Of a stretch of DNA of 64,000 nucleotides, positions 1 to 9,635 are shown piece by piece (position 1 is the stretch's first letter; the number at the start of each line of letters is the position of its first letter). The DNA is taken from contig OY761556.1 of NCBI GenBank assembly GCA_963664705.1, forward strand, positions 64,001-128,000, read 5' to 3'. The DNA comes from Acidobacteriota bacterium. Its GTDB lineage: Bacteria; Acidobacteriota; UBA6911. Below the pieces are notes generated by a model. That model did not search any database, had not been told where the DNA came from, and saw only the letters and a list, made by a program, of their open reading frames with translations. A program made the translations under genes and the position numbers.

Positions 1-1
1 C

Positions 2-1780
2 ACGCATGAGAGTCATCTGATCAGATAAAACGGTTCGTTCATCGGCAAGGAAGCTGGTATAGGGAGTGATGATGCCATACTGCTTGCTCAACCTGACCAG
101 TTCATCCATGACTTCCGTCGAACGGCCGTTCAGCTGAATCTGGTCCAAAAGAAAACCGATTCGCCGGACTGCCCAAAGCTGCTCGAGAAAGGCATAGCTG
201 AATCTGTCTGAGGTACGGGCAAATTCTGCAGAATAGCGAAAGGTCTGGGCTTTTCCCGCATAGTTGCCGGAAATCGAGAAACTCGCGGTTCCAGCTCCGC
301 TGTATTTCCCAACCAGGATGATCTGATCCCCTTCGAAAAGGTCCGGAATTGTCTGTGGATAGGTCAGGGTGGTTTTAACGCCCGCGAATGAAATAGACAG
401 ATCCGTCATGATGGGATTCTTCAGTTTGTTATAGAGCGAAGAAATCTTGGATTCGAGTGATTCCCGTTCCTTTACATAGCCGCTGACTCCGCGGTTTTCT
501 CCCACCAATCTGTCCAATAGTCTAACGTTTACATCATAGCCGATTCCCATGGCGAAAATATGGGCGCGCACATTTTCATTTGCAGCCAGAGTGTCTTTGA
601 GAATGGCGGATTCGTTGGTTTGCCCGACTGTCGGAAGCCCGTCCGTCAGAAACAGGATATACCGGGACCGCTTTTCCAGTGTGCCGGAACCGGCGGCTTT
701 AACTGCCCATGCAAGCGCATCATGAATATTTGTGCCGCCGGATGCGTGAATCCGGTCAATCATGCTCAATGCCTTATCGATATTGGTTCGATCATTCGAT
801 ACGAGCGATTCAAACAGCGGCTCGATGGCATCGTTATACGCAACCACATTGAAACGATCCGCGGGATTGAGATTTCTTAAGACAAAGGTCAGCGATGCTT
901 TTGCCTGCTCGATCTTTTCTCCGGACATGCTTCCTGATCGATCCAATGCAATTACCATGTCTTTGGGGATGATGGGCGGTTTTTCCTGCCTGGGAGTAGG
1001 ACTTGCCATCAGCAGGAAGTATCCATCTTCATTTTCGTGTGGGCGAAAGGAGAGGACTGTTGCGCCGACGGAATCCCTGCTGGGCTGGTATAGCAGGCGG
1101 AAGTCCGTGGATGGAATGTCCTGAGAGACTTTATAGGTTGCGACAACCCGTTCAGGTGAAGGCCTTTCTATAACTACGTCGTGTGTCGGCGAATAGGCGG
1201 AGGAAATGGGAGCCTTTTCCAGGAGATCCGCTTTGATCTCCACTTCGTCAATAGCCTTGGATGAGAATTTCTCCGTATTGAGCGGGTAGAATACTTCCAC
1301 GATGTCCCCATCCTTTTTGCACAGATCGGTATAATGCACCCCGACTCGCACCTGTTTCCCGGGCAAAAGAGGAAATGCCGACGTTCGATACATCCCGTAA
1401 TTCACATACTCAAGAAGTGCGGGATCTCTCTTGGTGCGGACGATATCTTCGTAGGTTCTCCTGGCTTCTTCAGCGCTTAATATCCTTCCCCTGAACTCCT
1501 TCCCGTCGACCAGGAGCGTCAGGCTGTCAATGGCAGCGGATGGGGGAATGGGAAACACATATTGCACCTCAATCATGCCGGAGCCGGTGTTGACAAAGGC
1601 CTGGTCGATGGAAACATCGGCCACCCGGTCGCGAACGCGGATATTGACATGGTGATATTTCACAGCCCAAGAACTTCGGACATGCATGTCCGGACGTATC
1701 GGTACTATCAGCCCATCTGCTTCGCAGAGGGAATTCGTGAACGAAAATAGGAATGCTGCAATGAGGATTCGAAGTTTCAT
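2..1780 (-). CDS. VIT + von Willebrand A domain protein, exported (3' end runs off the window)
   Basis: Hand translation from ATG 1780: signal-like MKLRILIAAFLFSF, VIT-like YHHVNIRVRDRVADVSIDQAF...YVFPIP...RDPALLEY, vWA MIDAS-like ALDRSGSMSGEKIEQAK. Absent from the ORF track because there is no stop in the window. Confidence 0.85.
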   Translation of the reverse strand, partial: MKLRILIAAFLFSFTNSLCEADGLIVPIRPDMHVRSSWAVKYHHVNIRVRDRVADVSIDQAFVNTGSGMIEVQYVFPIPPSAAIDSLTLLVDGKEFRGRILSAEEARRTYEDIVRTKRDPALLEYVNYGMYRTSAFPLLPGKQVRVGVHYTDLCKKDGDIVEVFYPLNTEKFSSKAIDEVEIKADLLEKAPISSAYSPTHDVVIERPSPERVVATYKVSQDIPSTDFRLLYQPSRDSVGATVLSFRPHENEDGYFLLMASPTPRQEKPPIIPKDMVIALDRSGSMSGEKIEQAKASLTFVLRNLNPADRFNVVAYNDAIEPLFESLVSNDRTNIDKALSMIDRIHASGGTNIHDALAWAVKAAGSGTLEKRSRYILFLTDGLPTVGQTNESAILKDTLAANENVRAHIFAMGIGYDVNVRLLDRLVGENRGVSGYVKERESLESKISSLYNKLKNPIMTDLSISFAGVKTTLTYPQTIPDLFEGDQIILVGKYSGAGTASFSISGNYAGKAQTFRYSAEFARTSDRFSYAFLEQLWAVRRIGFLLDQIQLNGRSTEVMDELVRLSKQYGIITPYTSFLADERTVLSDQMTLMR

Positions 1781-1945
1781 AGCCTGTCCTTCCGTGAGAT
1801 TGCCTCTTGCTATAGAGACGCGGGCTGGTGGGAAGCTTGCAGATTAATTTATTGCAGCGGGCAAGATTTTGGATTCCAGATTCCGGATTTCACGCAGGAA
1901 TTGGAAATCGAGGATCCGGGAAACCGGAATCTCCTCAGCGGGTGA

Positions 1946-2935
1946 CTATGGTTTGAAGGCTTCCACTACGGCATCCATGTGATCGCCCTGGCGGATCAGC
2001 TTTACCTGGATGAATCCCGCCTGCAGCAGGCCGGATTCGATTTCCTCGTAGGTATAACAACCCCCGCCCGAGGTTCCGACAAGCATATTGATCGCAAAAA
2101 TCGCGCCGTCGCGAGGGCGGGTTTTTCCCGGGGCCATGACGTGGTCTCGTACCAGGATTCTGCCTCCGGGCTTCAGTGCGCGGAAAGCCTTTTTATATAA
2201 ATCCAGATTTTCCTCGAGGCTCAGCGAATGGATAATTGCCGAGATCAGGGCTAAATCATGGCCTCCCGGCAACTCGTTTTCGTAGTAACTGCCCGGCACC
2301 AGCGTGACACGGTTGAGCAGCCCTTCCTTGGCGAAGCGCTCCCGGGCCATTTCCACCACTTCGGGCAGGTCAAATAATGTTGCCTTCATTTCGGGAACTG
2401 CCCGGAGAAATGCAATGGTATAGGTGCCGGAGCCGCCGGCAATGTCTATCAGGGCTCGCGCATTTTCGGCGTGGACCGAAGCTACGATCTGTTTGGCAAG
2501 CGGGGATCCAATGGAATGCATGGCACCGATAAAGGCACGCAGATCCTCGTCATGGCGGGTGAAATCAAACTCCTCCTTGGAGGCACCTTTTGCGATGTCT
2601 GGGAGCCGCGACCACCTCTCCCAGAGATAGGACATGTGCAGTACCATCGGCAGAACGGATTCCGGTGAATCTGCGGAAAGCAATCGGGCGATAGAATCCT
2701 CACAGGAATACGTCTGATCGAGTTTGGCCAGAAGCCCTATTGCGACCACTGCATCAAGCAGCGTGGCAATGGCGCGGGCATCCCCCTTGATCTTGTCGGC
2801 AATTTGAGCGGCAGTGAGCGGCTCCTGATGCAACAGCGTAAAAACATTGAGCTCTGCGGCGGCGTGTAGAATTCTGCACTCCATAAAACTCTGTGCCAAC
2901 TGCAAAATTTCTCTCGGGTCCGCAGTGTTTGTCAT
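1946..2935 (-). CDS. SAM-dependent O-methyltransferase (dimerisation + methyltransferase_2 domains)
   Basis: LIDIAGGSG SAM motif, ATLFDLPEV, N-terminal AAAELNVF dimerisation helix. Start taken as ATG 2935 (TTG 2950 is an alternative). Confidence 0.85.
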   Translation of the reverse strand: MTNTADPREILQLAQSFMECRILHAAAELNVFTLLHQEPLTAAQIADKIKGDARAIATLLDAVVAIGLLAKLDQTYSCEDSIARLLSADSPESVLPMVLHMSYLWERWSRLPDIAKGASKEEFDFTRHDEDLRAFIGAMHSIGSPLAKQIVASVHAENARALIDIAGGSGTYTIAFLRAVPEMKATLFDLPEVVEMARERFAKEGLLNRVTLVPGSYYENELPGGHDLALISAIIHSLSLEENLDLYKKAFRALKPGGRILVRDHVMAPGKTRPRDGAIFAINMLVGTSGGGCYTYEEIESGLLQAGFIQVKLIRQGDHMDAVVEAFKP

Positions 2936-2959
2936 GGGAATAGCTTTCAATTTCTGAGG

Positions 2960-2997
2960 ACATCACGAATCCCACAATGCTGTGGGATTCGTGATGT
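2960..2997. terminator. 17-bp perfect stem-loop between the FAD subunit and methyltransferase genes
   Basis: ACATCACGAATCCCACA-ATGC-TGTGGGATTCGTGATGT. Confidence 0.6.
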
Positions 2998-3007
2998 TTT
3001 GTTTCGG

Positions 3008-3958
3008 TTAGACGGCAGCCAGGAGAGCTCGTTTTACGAGCGTTTTGGCGATCTGGACTTTGTACTTGGTGGCACTCAACGGCTTGGCGTCTTCAACCGC
3101 AGCCGCGCCGGCCGCTTCGGCATTGGCTTCATTGATGGCCTTGCCCGCGATCGCCGCTTCGGCCTTGACCGCGCGATACGGTTTCGGGGCAACGGCATTC
3201 AGAGCAATCCTCGGAGCTCCTCCCCCCACCATCACGGCACAGTTGACGATCGGGAAATCGATCGACTTGCGGATGGCGAATTTGAGAAAAGCGCTCTTGG
3301 CACCGGCCGGAGGGGTCGGGACCTGGATTTCGGTGATGAATTCGCCGGCAGCGAGAACGGTGTTGCCGGGGAATTTGACATCAAAGAAATTCTCGGCATT
3401 GATCTTGCGCGTGTTGGTCACCACGGAGGCATTCAAAGCAATGAGAGCCGGGGCGACGTCGCTGGGATGAACGGCGATGCACTTGTTGACGTTGCCGAAG
3501 ATGGAGTGATAGCGGTTGTCGCCCATCATGGCAAAGCAGGTTGTGCCACCCTTGCGGACGCAAGGGAACCGGTTTTCCGGCTTCCGGAAGTACCAGCAGC
3601 GGTGGAGCTGAGCGATGTTGCCGCCGATGGTGCCCATGTCGCGGACATGGGGCGTGGCGACGCGCAGAGCTGCCTGAGCCAGAGCGGTGTATTTCGCATT
3701 GATGTCCTTGTTGGCGGCGATATCCGCAAGGCGTGTGGTGGCACCGATTTTCAGGATACCGGCTTCTTCCTTGATGTAATCGAGACCCGGGGTAACGGTC
3801 TTGATGTTAATCACGGCTTCGGGGTACGTGGGAAGGATGTTGTCCTTGAGCCGGCCGATGAGATCGGTGCCCCCGGCAATGATTTCTGTTTTTCCGCCGG
3901 CAAGGGCAGTTTTGACCTCGGCCAGGGTTTTTGCATTCGTATGATTGAAACCTTTCAT
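3008..3958 (-). CDS. Xanthine dehydrogenase/aldehyde oxidoreductase family FAD subunit (PaoB/YagS/HcrB-like, 4Fe-4S insert)
   Basis: IAGGTDL, GTIGGN, insert RCWYFR...C...C...CIAVHPSD, C-terminal KFAIRKSIDF. Confidence 0.9.
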   Translation of the reverse strand: MKGFNHTNAKTLAEVKTALAGGKTEIIAGGTDLIGRLKDNILPTYPEAVINIKTVTPGLDYIKEEAGILKIGATTRLADIAANKDINAKYTALAQAALRVATPHVRDMGTIGGNIAQLHRCWYFRKPENRFPCVRKGGTTCFAMMGDNRYHSIFGNVNKCIAVHPSDVAPALIALNASVVTNTRKINAENFFDVKFPGNTVLAAGEFITEIQVPTPPAGAKSAFLKFAIRKSIDFPIVNCAVMVGGGAPRIALNAVAPKPYRAVKAEAAIAGKAINEANAEAAGAAAVEDAKPLSATKYKVQIAKTLVKRALLAAV

Positions 3959-3970
3959 GAGTGTCTCCTC

Positions 3971-4678
3971 CTATGCCTTGCCCATAGCCTGAGCGGCTTC
4001 CATAATTGCGGTAGGATGCCGCGGGTAGGTTCCGCAGCAGCAGATATTGCCGGCGAGAGCCTGTTTGCAGTCATTCTCGGTCGGATTGGGATTCTTCTGC
4101 AGCAGAGCCTTGGCCGAAACGACGAAGCCCGGAGTGCAGTAGCCGCACTGCATCGCGTCCCACTTGCAATAAGACTGGATGAGGGAGCGCCATTTGGGAT
4201 CGGCAGCAATGCCTTCGACGGTCTCGATGGATTTGCCCTCGCATTCGACCGCCAGGGTCGAGCAGGAGAGGACGGTTCTGCCGTCAATGTTCACGGAGCA
4301 GGAACCGCATACGCCGCGGTCGCACATCTGCTTGGCTCCGGTAAGACCGAGTTTGAACTGCAGGGTGCGCTGAAGAGTCCAATGGGGCTCGATGAGAACT
4401 TCGTAGTCCTTGCCATTGACTTTGAGCTTGGTGGTAACGGGAAGGACCTGTCCGGGATGCGCCTGGGCGAAATGGGCCTTGAGGCTGCCGTAGGTGTTGA
4501 AATCCTTGGCGCAGATCGGGCACCTGAAATTGGTGATGGTCGAAGGGGCCTCTGCAGCAGCAGCGGCAGCCGCTTCGGTAGACAGGGTCAGACCTGCTCC
4601 CAGAGAACTGCCGGCAACCACAGCACCGGCGCTTTTAAGGAAGTTTCTGCGATTCAACCCGGTTTCTTTTTCCGCCAT
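3971..4678 (-). CDS. Tat-exported (2Fe-2S) subunit of xanthine oxidase family (PaoA/YagT-like) with C2H2 zinc finger insert
   Basis: RRNFLK Tat motif; CDRGVCGSC...C and QCGYC...NICCC 2Fe-2S ligands; CPIC-x12-H-x4-H. Confidence 0.9.
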   Translation of the reverse strand: MAEKETGLNRRNFLKSAGAVVAGSSLGAGLTLSTEAAAAAAAEAPSTITNFRCPICAKDFNTYGSLKAHFAQAHPGQVLPVTTKLKVNGKDYEVLIEPHWTLQRTLQFKLGLTGAKQMCDRGVCGSCSVNIDGRTVLSCSTLAVECEGKSIETVEGIAADPKWRSLIQSYCKWDAMQCGYCTPGFVVSAKALLQKNPNPTENDCKQALAGNICCCGTYPRHPTAIMEAAQAMGKA

Positions 4679-4917
4679 ATGGCTCTCCTTAGAAATAATC
4701 GACGAGAAACGATTGCGTGGGGCCCATCATAAAAGAGATGGCGGACAGAAGCAAGGATCACAAGACAGGATCACAAGATAGGAGACAGGAGGCAGGATTT
4801 TGAATAGGGATCAGGTGTATGCTGGGAACGGAATCGATTCTTCTCCGATTTCGACCGAAACCTATTGGGATCCAGGATCGTACACATAGGTACAATAAAG
4901 CCAATGGAGGAGGGATT

Positions 4918-5727
4918 GTGGAAACAGAAAGCAACACAGGATCCGTGCAGCCCGCGGAAGAGATAAAGCCTCGCAATTTTTTGGGCCGTTTGGGCGGAGT
5001 CTTCGCTTCTCCCCGAGAAGCTTTTGAGGAGATCGGCAGGTCTCCCAGTGTGCTTCTTCCCATGATACTTTTGATGCTGATGGGGATGGTTTCTTCCTAT
5101 TGCCTTTCACTGAAGGTCAATGTGAGTGCTCTGACCATGCAGCCTATTCTTGAGAGTCAGGTGGCGCAGGGTAACATGACCCAGGAGAAGGCGGATCAAG
5201 CGCTTCAGCCCATACTAAATCCTTCGACAGGATCAAAAATCTTCGGAGCCGTCAGCAGCGGAATTACGATCATCCTCATGGTCCTGATCATTGCTGGCGT
5301 TGCCAAGTTGATTTCAGCGGCATTTCTGGGGGCTGAAAACCGGTTTAAGGCCATTTTTGCCGTTTCTCTTTATGTCTGGCTGGTACCGGGGATTGTACAT
5401 ACGGTTTTGTTTCTCATCATTCTGTATTTCAAGAATCCCGCGGATATTACACTGCTGAGCGTCAATTCGCTGGTTGCCTCCAATCTTGAAGCGGTTTCAA
5501 TAAGCATTCTGGGTGAAGGGACTTTGCCGAAGTTCCTGGAGTCTCTCCTGGGCTGGGTCGACCTGTTTCCCATCTGGAAGATCGTCTTGATGGCTATCGG
5601 CTACGCGGCTGTTTCGCGCAAACTCAAGGCGGCAAAAGTGGCGACCTGGATTGTTGTCATCTATATCCTCATTGCTTTGATCGGTTCGGCCGGTTCATCG
5701 TTCCTTCGGACCAGGTTCGGGATGTAG
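4918..5727 (+). CDS. Yip1-domain membrane protein
   Basis: RLGGVFASPREAF Yip1-like start, multiple TM helices; GTG 4918 after GGAGGAGG. Confidence 0.75.
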   Translation: METESNTGSVQPAEEIKPRNFLGRLGGVFASPREAFEEIGRSPSVLLPMILLMLMGMVSSYCLSLKVNVSALTMQPILESQVAQGNMTQEKADQALQPILNPSTGSKIFGAVSSGITIILMVLIIAGVAKLISAAFLGAENRFKAIFAVSLYVWLVPGIVHTVLFLIILYFKNPADITLLSVNSLVASNLEAVSISILGEGTLPKFLESLLGWVDLFPIWKIVLMAIGYAAVSRKLKAAKVATWIVVIYILIALIGSAGSSFLRTRFGM

Positions 5728-5732
5728 TCGAA

Positions 5733-5764
5733 TGACGGGCGCCGGCGACCGTCGGTGCCCGTCA
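5733..5764. terminator. Hairpin between convergent genes
   Basis: TGACGGGCGCCGGCG-AC-CGTCGGTGCCCGTCA followed by an A-run. Confidence 0.55.
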
Positions 5765-6562
5765 AAAAACCTTGTCTGAGCCCACGCTCAATTCGCAGTA
5801 GCGGCAGTATTGCCTGAAGCCAATCTGTTCATAAACGCGAATGGCTGCCGCATTATCTTCCCTGACATTCAAGACAATCGTTGAGATCCCGGCGGCAAGG
5901 AGTGCCTGGGATACGGCACCTGTTGTGAGCCGTGCATAGCCACGTCCGCGCCGATCGGCGCGCGTGTATACATTGCCTATCGCAGCCGTCCCATAGTGGG
6001 GAGATACAATGTGCGTTCCTGCGATCGCGACCAGGTCATTGCCCTCGAAAAAGCCAAAAAAGGTTCCCTGAGTCAGCATGCGGGCATAAAAAAATTCCGG
6101 GGTTTCGCTTCCATATAAATTCAGGACTTTTTCTATGTGATCGGGTCCGATTGGGATCGTCCCCTCGATTGCCGATGGAGAAAAGCTCGTCAAATCCAGG
6201 AACATGCGAATCATCCGGCGCTCGTTCGTGATTCGAAATAAAGATCGGATGAGGGGCGCGGTATCGGCTCCGACGACTATTTCGCGATCCCCGGGCAACC
6301 CGGAGGCAATGGAATGAGGCTCCATGAGTGAGTTGTCTATTTCGCTGAGGATGGAGGCGAGGGATTCCGATGATTCAATGCAAAACACTATCGGCGTTAC
6401 GAACTCCCGGTAGAGCAATACGAGACCGGAACCGTCCTCGGCACAGAACCAGGAGGCGTGTTCGCGATGGCCAGGCTCCAGGTCTGCCAGCGCGTACGCC
6501 GTCCAGGAGCGATCCCTTTCCAGGCGGCCCAGGACAGCATCCAGGTCAAGTATTTTGGGCAA
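5762..6562 (-). CDS. GNAT family N-acetyltransferase (FR47-like C-terminal domain)
   Basis: IGNVYT...RRGRGYA acetyl-CoA motif, N-x-x-A-x-x-x-Y-x-x-x-GF. Confidence 0.85.
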   Translation of the reverse strand: MPKILDLDAVLGRLERDRSWTAYALADLEPGHREHASWFCAEDGSGLVLLYREFVTPIVFCIESSESLASILSEIDNSLMEPHSIASGLPGDREIVVGADTAPLIRSLFRITNERRMIRMFLDLTSFSPSAIEGTIPIGPDHIEKVLNLYGSETPEFFYARMLTQGTFFGFFEGNDLVAIAGTHIVSPHYGTAAIGNVYTRADRRGRGYARLTTGAVSQALLAAGISTIVLNVREDNAAAIRVYEQIGFRQYCRYCELSVGSDKVF

Positions 6563-6575
6563 ACCGGCACTCCTT

Positions 6576-7460
6576 CTATTTGCCTTTGTTCTGCTCCAAG
6601 CTGCGATACACCAGCTCCAGCCATTGCGGTGTTGGCAGAAATCCCTTCGTCCATGGGGCGAACCGGTCCGGGAGTCCGGCAGCTTTGATTTGATCGAGCG
6701 TCTTTCCTTCCTTCATCTGCCTGCGAACCACATCCGCGGAATCGAAGAGCATCTGTCGGAATGATTTCAGCTCGGCAATGCCGGCCAGGGGGCCGTGACC
6801 CGGGATGATCTTCGTGTCGGCTGGAAGGATAGCCAGGAGGGCGTCCAATTGGCGTACCCAGTTGTCGATGTTTCCACCGTTTGCGACATCCATGAAGGGA
6901 AACATGCCGTTGAAAAACATATCTCCGGTATGAATGACTTTGTACTTGTCAAAGAAGACGATCGTGTCTCCGTTGGTATGTGCATTCGCATAGTGAACCA
7001 GGCGGACCGGATCATTTCCCGTATACAGCGCAGCTTTGTCGGAGAAGGTAATTGAGGGCAGAGCCTCCGTGGGTAGAGGTTCGGTTTTCTGGCCCATGAG
7101 TGTCTGGGGCTTGGCCAGCAGGGTCCGAACGTTTTCCTGAGCAACAATCGTGGTTTCGGGGCCGAAGACTTTGTCGCCGTCCGTATGGTCGCTGTGCCAA
7201 TGGGTATTGATCAAAAAACGTATCTTGCCGTTGCCCGGCAAATTCTTCAAAGCCGCCCGAATCTGCCCGGCGGACACTGGATCCATGGCATCGATCATCA
7301 GGATTCCGGCGGGATCTGCAAGGACGCCAATATTGCCGCCTCCCCCCTGAAGCATGTAAATGGGGCCGGCTACCGGTACAACGGTGATTGCTGCCTGATT
7401 TTGAGCCAATGCGGGCATGCAGGTGAGTGCTGCAAAAAGGGCCAGGACTGCGGCTTTCAT
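6576..7460 (-). CDS. Exported MBL-fold metallo-hydrolase (cyclase-like)
   Basis: Signal peptide; THWHSDH, AHT, TGD, IPGHG metal motifs. Confidence 0.9.
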   Translation of the reverse strand: MKAAVLALFAALTCMPALAQNQAAITVVPVAGPIYMLQGGGGNIGVLADPAGILMIDAMDPVSAGQIRAALKNLPGNGKIRFLINTHWHSDHTDGDKVFGPETTIVAQENVRTLLAKPQTLMGQKTEPLPTEALPSITFSDKAALYTGNDPVRLVHYANAHTNGDTIVFFDKYKVIHTGDMFFNGMFPFMDVANGGNIDNWVRQLDALLAILPADTKIIPGHGPLAGIAELKSFRQMLFDSADVVRRQMKEGKTLDQIKAAGLPDRFAPWTKGFLPTPQWLELVYRSLEQNKGK

Positions 7461-7635
7461 GGATATCCACCTTTCTATCTACGATTGCTCTGAAGTGTAG
7501 ACCGCTTCCCCTTAACGGACAGGCGGTCCGCGTTGATTACGGCTGGTTTGCCGGCTCCAAAGGGATCCGACTAAATACTAGCAGCAGAAGCCTAAATCCG
7601 GTATGGTTTCCAATTACAAACAGCGAGGGGTGGAA

Positions 7636-8916
7636 ATGACGGCAAATGTATTTGACGAACTGAAATGGCGAGGACTGGTATATGACGCTACCGAGAATGT
7701 TCCCGAAATGCTCGGGAAGGCTCCGGTAGCCGTTTATAACGGTTTTGATGCTACCGCGGACAGCCTGCACGTCGGGCATATGGTGCCTCTGATTGCGTTG
7801 GCTCGACTGCAGCGGTTCGGGCATATCCCGATTCCCGTTGCCGGGGGCGGGACGAGCATGATTGGCGACCCGAGCGGCCGTGCAACGGAACGCCTGCTTC
7901 TCTCGAAAGAAATCATCGAGGCCAATCTCGAGTGCATCAAACAGCAGCTTGCCCACTTCCTTGATTTCGATGTCCAATCGAATCCGGCCCGCCTGGTGAA
8001 CAATGCCGACTGGCTGCTGTCGCTCAACCTCGTCGATTTTCTCCGCGATATCGGCAAGCATTTCACCGTGAACTACATGATCAACAAGGATTCGGTCAAA
8101 ATGCGTTTGGAACGCGAGGATGGGATCTCGTTTACCGAATTCAGCTATATGCTGCTGCAGTCGTATGATTACCTGCATCTTCACGACCATCATCACTGCA
8201 CGCTTCAGACCGGAGGGAGCGACCAGTGGGGAAATATCACAGCCGGAGTCGAGTTGATTCGGCGGATGCGCGGCAAGCCGGCAGGAGCGCTGGTATATCC
8301 GTTGATCACAAAAGCTGACGGTACCAAGTTTGGTAAGACCGCATCCGGCTCAGTCTGGCTGTCCGCGGAACGAACCTCCCCGTATCGCTTTTACCAGTTC
8401 TGGCTGAATACCGATGATCGAGACGTCATTAACTACCTGAAGTACTTTACCTGGCTCAGCCAGCAGGAGGTTCAGGAACTCGAGGCGTCCCTGGCGGAGA
8501 AGCCGGAGCAACGCGAAGCGCAGCGAAGGCTGGCGCGCGAAATAACTCGGATGGTTCACGACGAGACGGCGCTGCAAAAGGCGGAGCAGGCAACCCAGGT
8601 ACTGTTTGGCGGCGAGCTTACCGGATTATCCGCGACTGAAGTCGCGGATATTTTCGCGGATGTCCCGTCCGGTCAGATCTCTGTTCAGCAGCTTCAGGGA
8701 GACGGTGTGGCGATTGCCGATCTGCTGACGGAATGCCAGGTTTCGAAATCAAAAGGGGAAGCGCGCCGCTCCATCGAAGCCGGCGGGATTTATGTGAACA
8801 ATCAGCGCGTTGCCGGTGTGGGCGCCAAGGTCACCTTTGCCAATGCGATTGACGGGCAATTTCTCGTGTTGCGCAGCGGACGGAAGAATTACTGCCTCGT
8901 GCGGGTAATTCAATAG
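7636..8916 (+). CDS. tyrS: Tyrosine--tRNA ligase
   Basis: [13 protein letters not shown] (HIGH), [15 protein letters not shown] (KMSKS), C-terminal S4 domain. Confidence 0.98.
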   Translation: MTANVFDELKWRGLVYDATENVPEMLGKAPVAVYNGFDATADSLHVGHMVPLIALARLQRFGHIPIPVAGGGTSMIGDPSGRATERLLLSKEIIEANLECIKQQLAHFLDFDVQSNPARLVNNADWLLSLNLVDFLRDIGKHFTVNYMINKDSVKMRLEREDGISFTEFSYMLLQSYDYLHLHDHHHCTLQTGGSDQWGNITAGVELIRRMRGKPAGALVYPLITKADGTKFGKTASGSVWLSAERTSPYRFYQFWLNTDDRDVINYLKYFTWLSQQEVQELEASLAEKPEQREAQRRLAREITRMVHDETALQKAEQATQVLFGGELTGLSATEVADIFADVPSGQISVQQLQGDGVAIADLLTECQVSKSKGEARRSIEAGGIYVNNQRVAGVGAKVTFANAIDGQFLVLRSGRKNYCLVRVIQ

Positions 8917-9067
8917 CTACAAAAATGTATCATACTCTGATCAGTATACGATAATGTAAGTCCGGCGCGTCTACACCCGGCGTGCCGGATGCGGTTTTTC
9001 CTGCCGAGTTTCCAAATAGCCAATCCAAAAATGTAGGAGATCGGACCATTTGCCTACAATTATGTAG
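8917..9067. promoter_or_regulatory. Four CTACA-N4-TGTAG-like dyads, putative enhancer (bEBP) sites for the glnK promoter
   Basis: 8917 CTACAAAAATGTAT, 8946 ATACGATAATGTAA, 9023 ATCCAAAAATGTAG, 9054 CTACAATTATGTAG; about 120-270 bp upstream of a -24/-12 site. Confidence 0.55.
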
Positions 9068-9183
9068 TCTCTGCCCCTTGGCTGGACCCACGGGTCTGCC
9101 CGCTGCTAAATTTCTATTAACTATTTGAAAATAGATAGGATCCGCCCATCATTCCGGCCCGATTTCAGGGTGCATCCGCCTAT

Positions 9184-9199
9184 TGGCATGCATCTTGCA
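9184..9199 (+). promoter_or_regulatory. Sigma-54 (-24/-12) promoter of glnK-amtB
   Basis: TGGCAT-GCATC-TTGCA matches TGGCAC-N5-TTGCW. Confidence 0.85.
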
Positions 9200-9265
9200 A
9201 TGCCTGGTGTGTACGGAGTTTGCGCATCTTGGTGAAGGAAATTGCATAGTGAGGGTGGTGTGCTT

Positions 9266-9604
9266 ATGAAATTTGTCATTGCGATTATTCGTCCCCATCG
9301 TTTGCAGAATGTCAAGGAAGCTCTGTCGGATGCCGGTGTGGTGGGTCTGACGGTCACGGATGTTCGAGGCGCGGGGCGGCAGAAGGGTCAGATCGAGCGG
9401 TATCGGGGATCGGAATACAAAATTGATTTGATCTCCAAGTTGAAGCTGGAACTGGCAATCGAAGACGACCAGGTTGAGACGGTGGTTCAAGCCATCCGGG
9501 ACTCTGCCTACACGGGGGAAATCGGGGATGGAAAGATCTTCATCCTTCCTCTGGAAGATTCCATGCGGATCCGGACTGGGGATCGGGGAGAGAGTTCTTT
9601 ATAA
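9266..9604 (+). CDS. glnK: P-II nitrogen regulator
   Basis: AIIRP, G-x-G-x-QKG, T-loop YRGSEY, TGEIGDGKIF, RIRTG; directly upstream of amt. Confidence 0.95.
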   Translation: MKFVIAIIRPHRLQNVKEALSDAGVVGLTVTDVRGAGRQKGQIERYRGSEYKIDLISKLKLELAIEDDQVETVVQAIRDSAYTGEIGDGKIFILPLEDSMRIRTGDRGESSL

Positions 9605-9635
9605 GCAGGTGGTGTTTCATACTCGAGGATATGCC

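Noticed and set aside
2999-4732. 577-aa plus-strand ORF
   Set aside because: Antisense shadow of two well-supported minus-strand genes; no motifs
4741-4805. Degenerate purine-rich heptamer run (similar runs at 1865-1932 and 20700-20775)
   Set aside because: Looks like generic intergenic simple repeats; no specific function supportable
7461-7635. T-box riboswitch upstream of tyrS
   Set aside because: Divergent intergenic region is short, with no T-box or terminator motif seen
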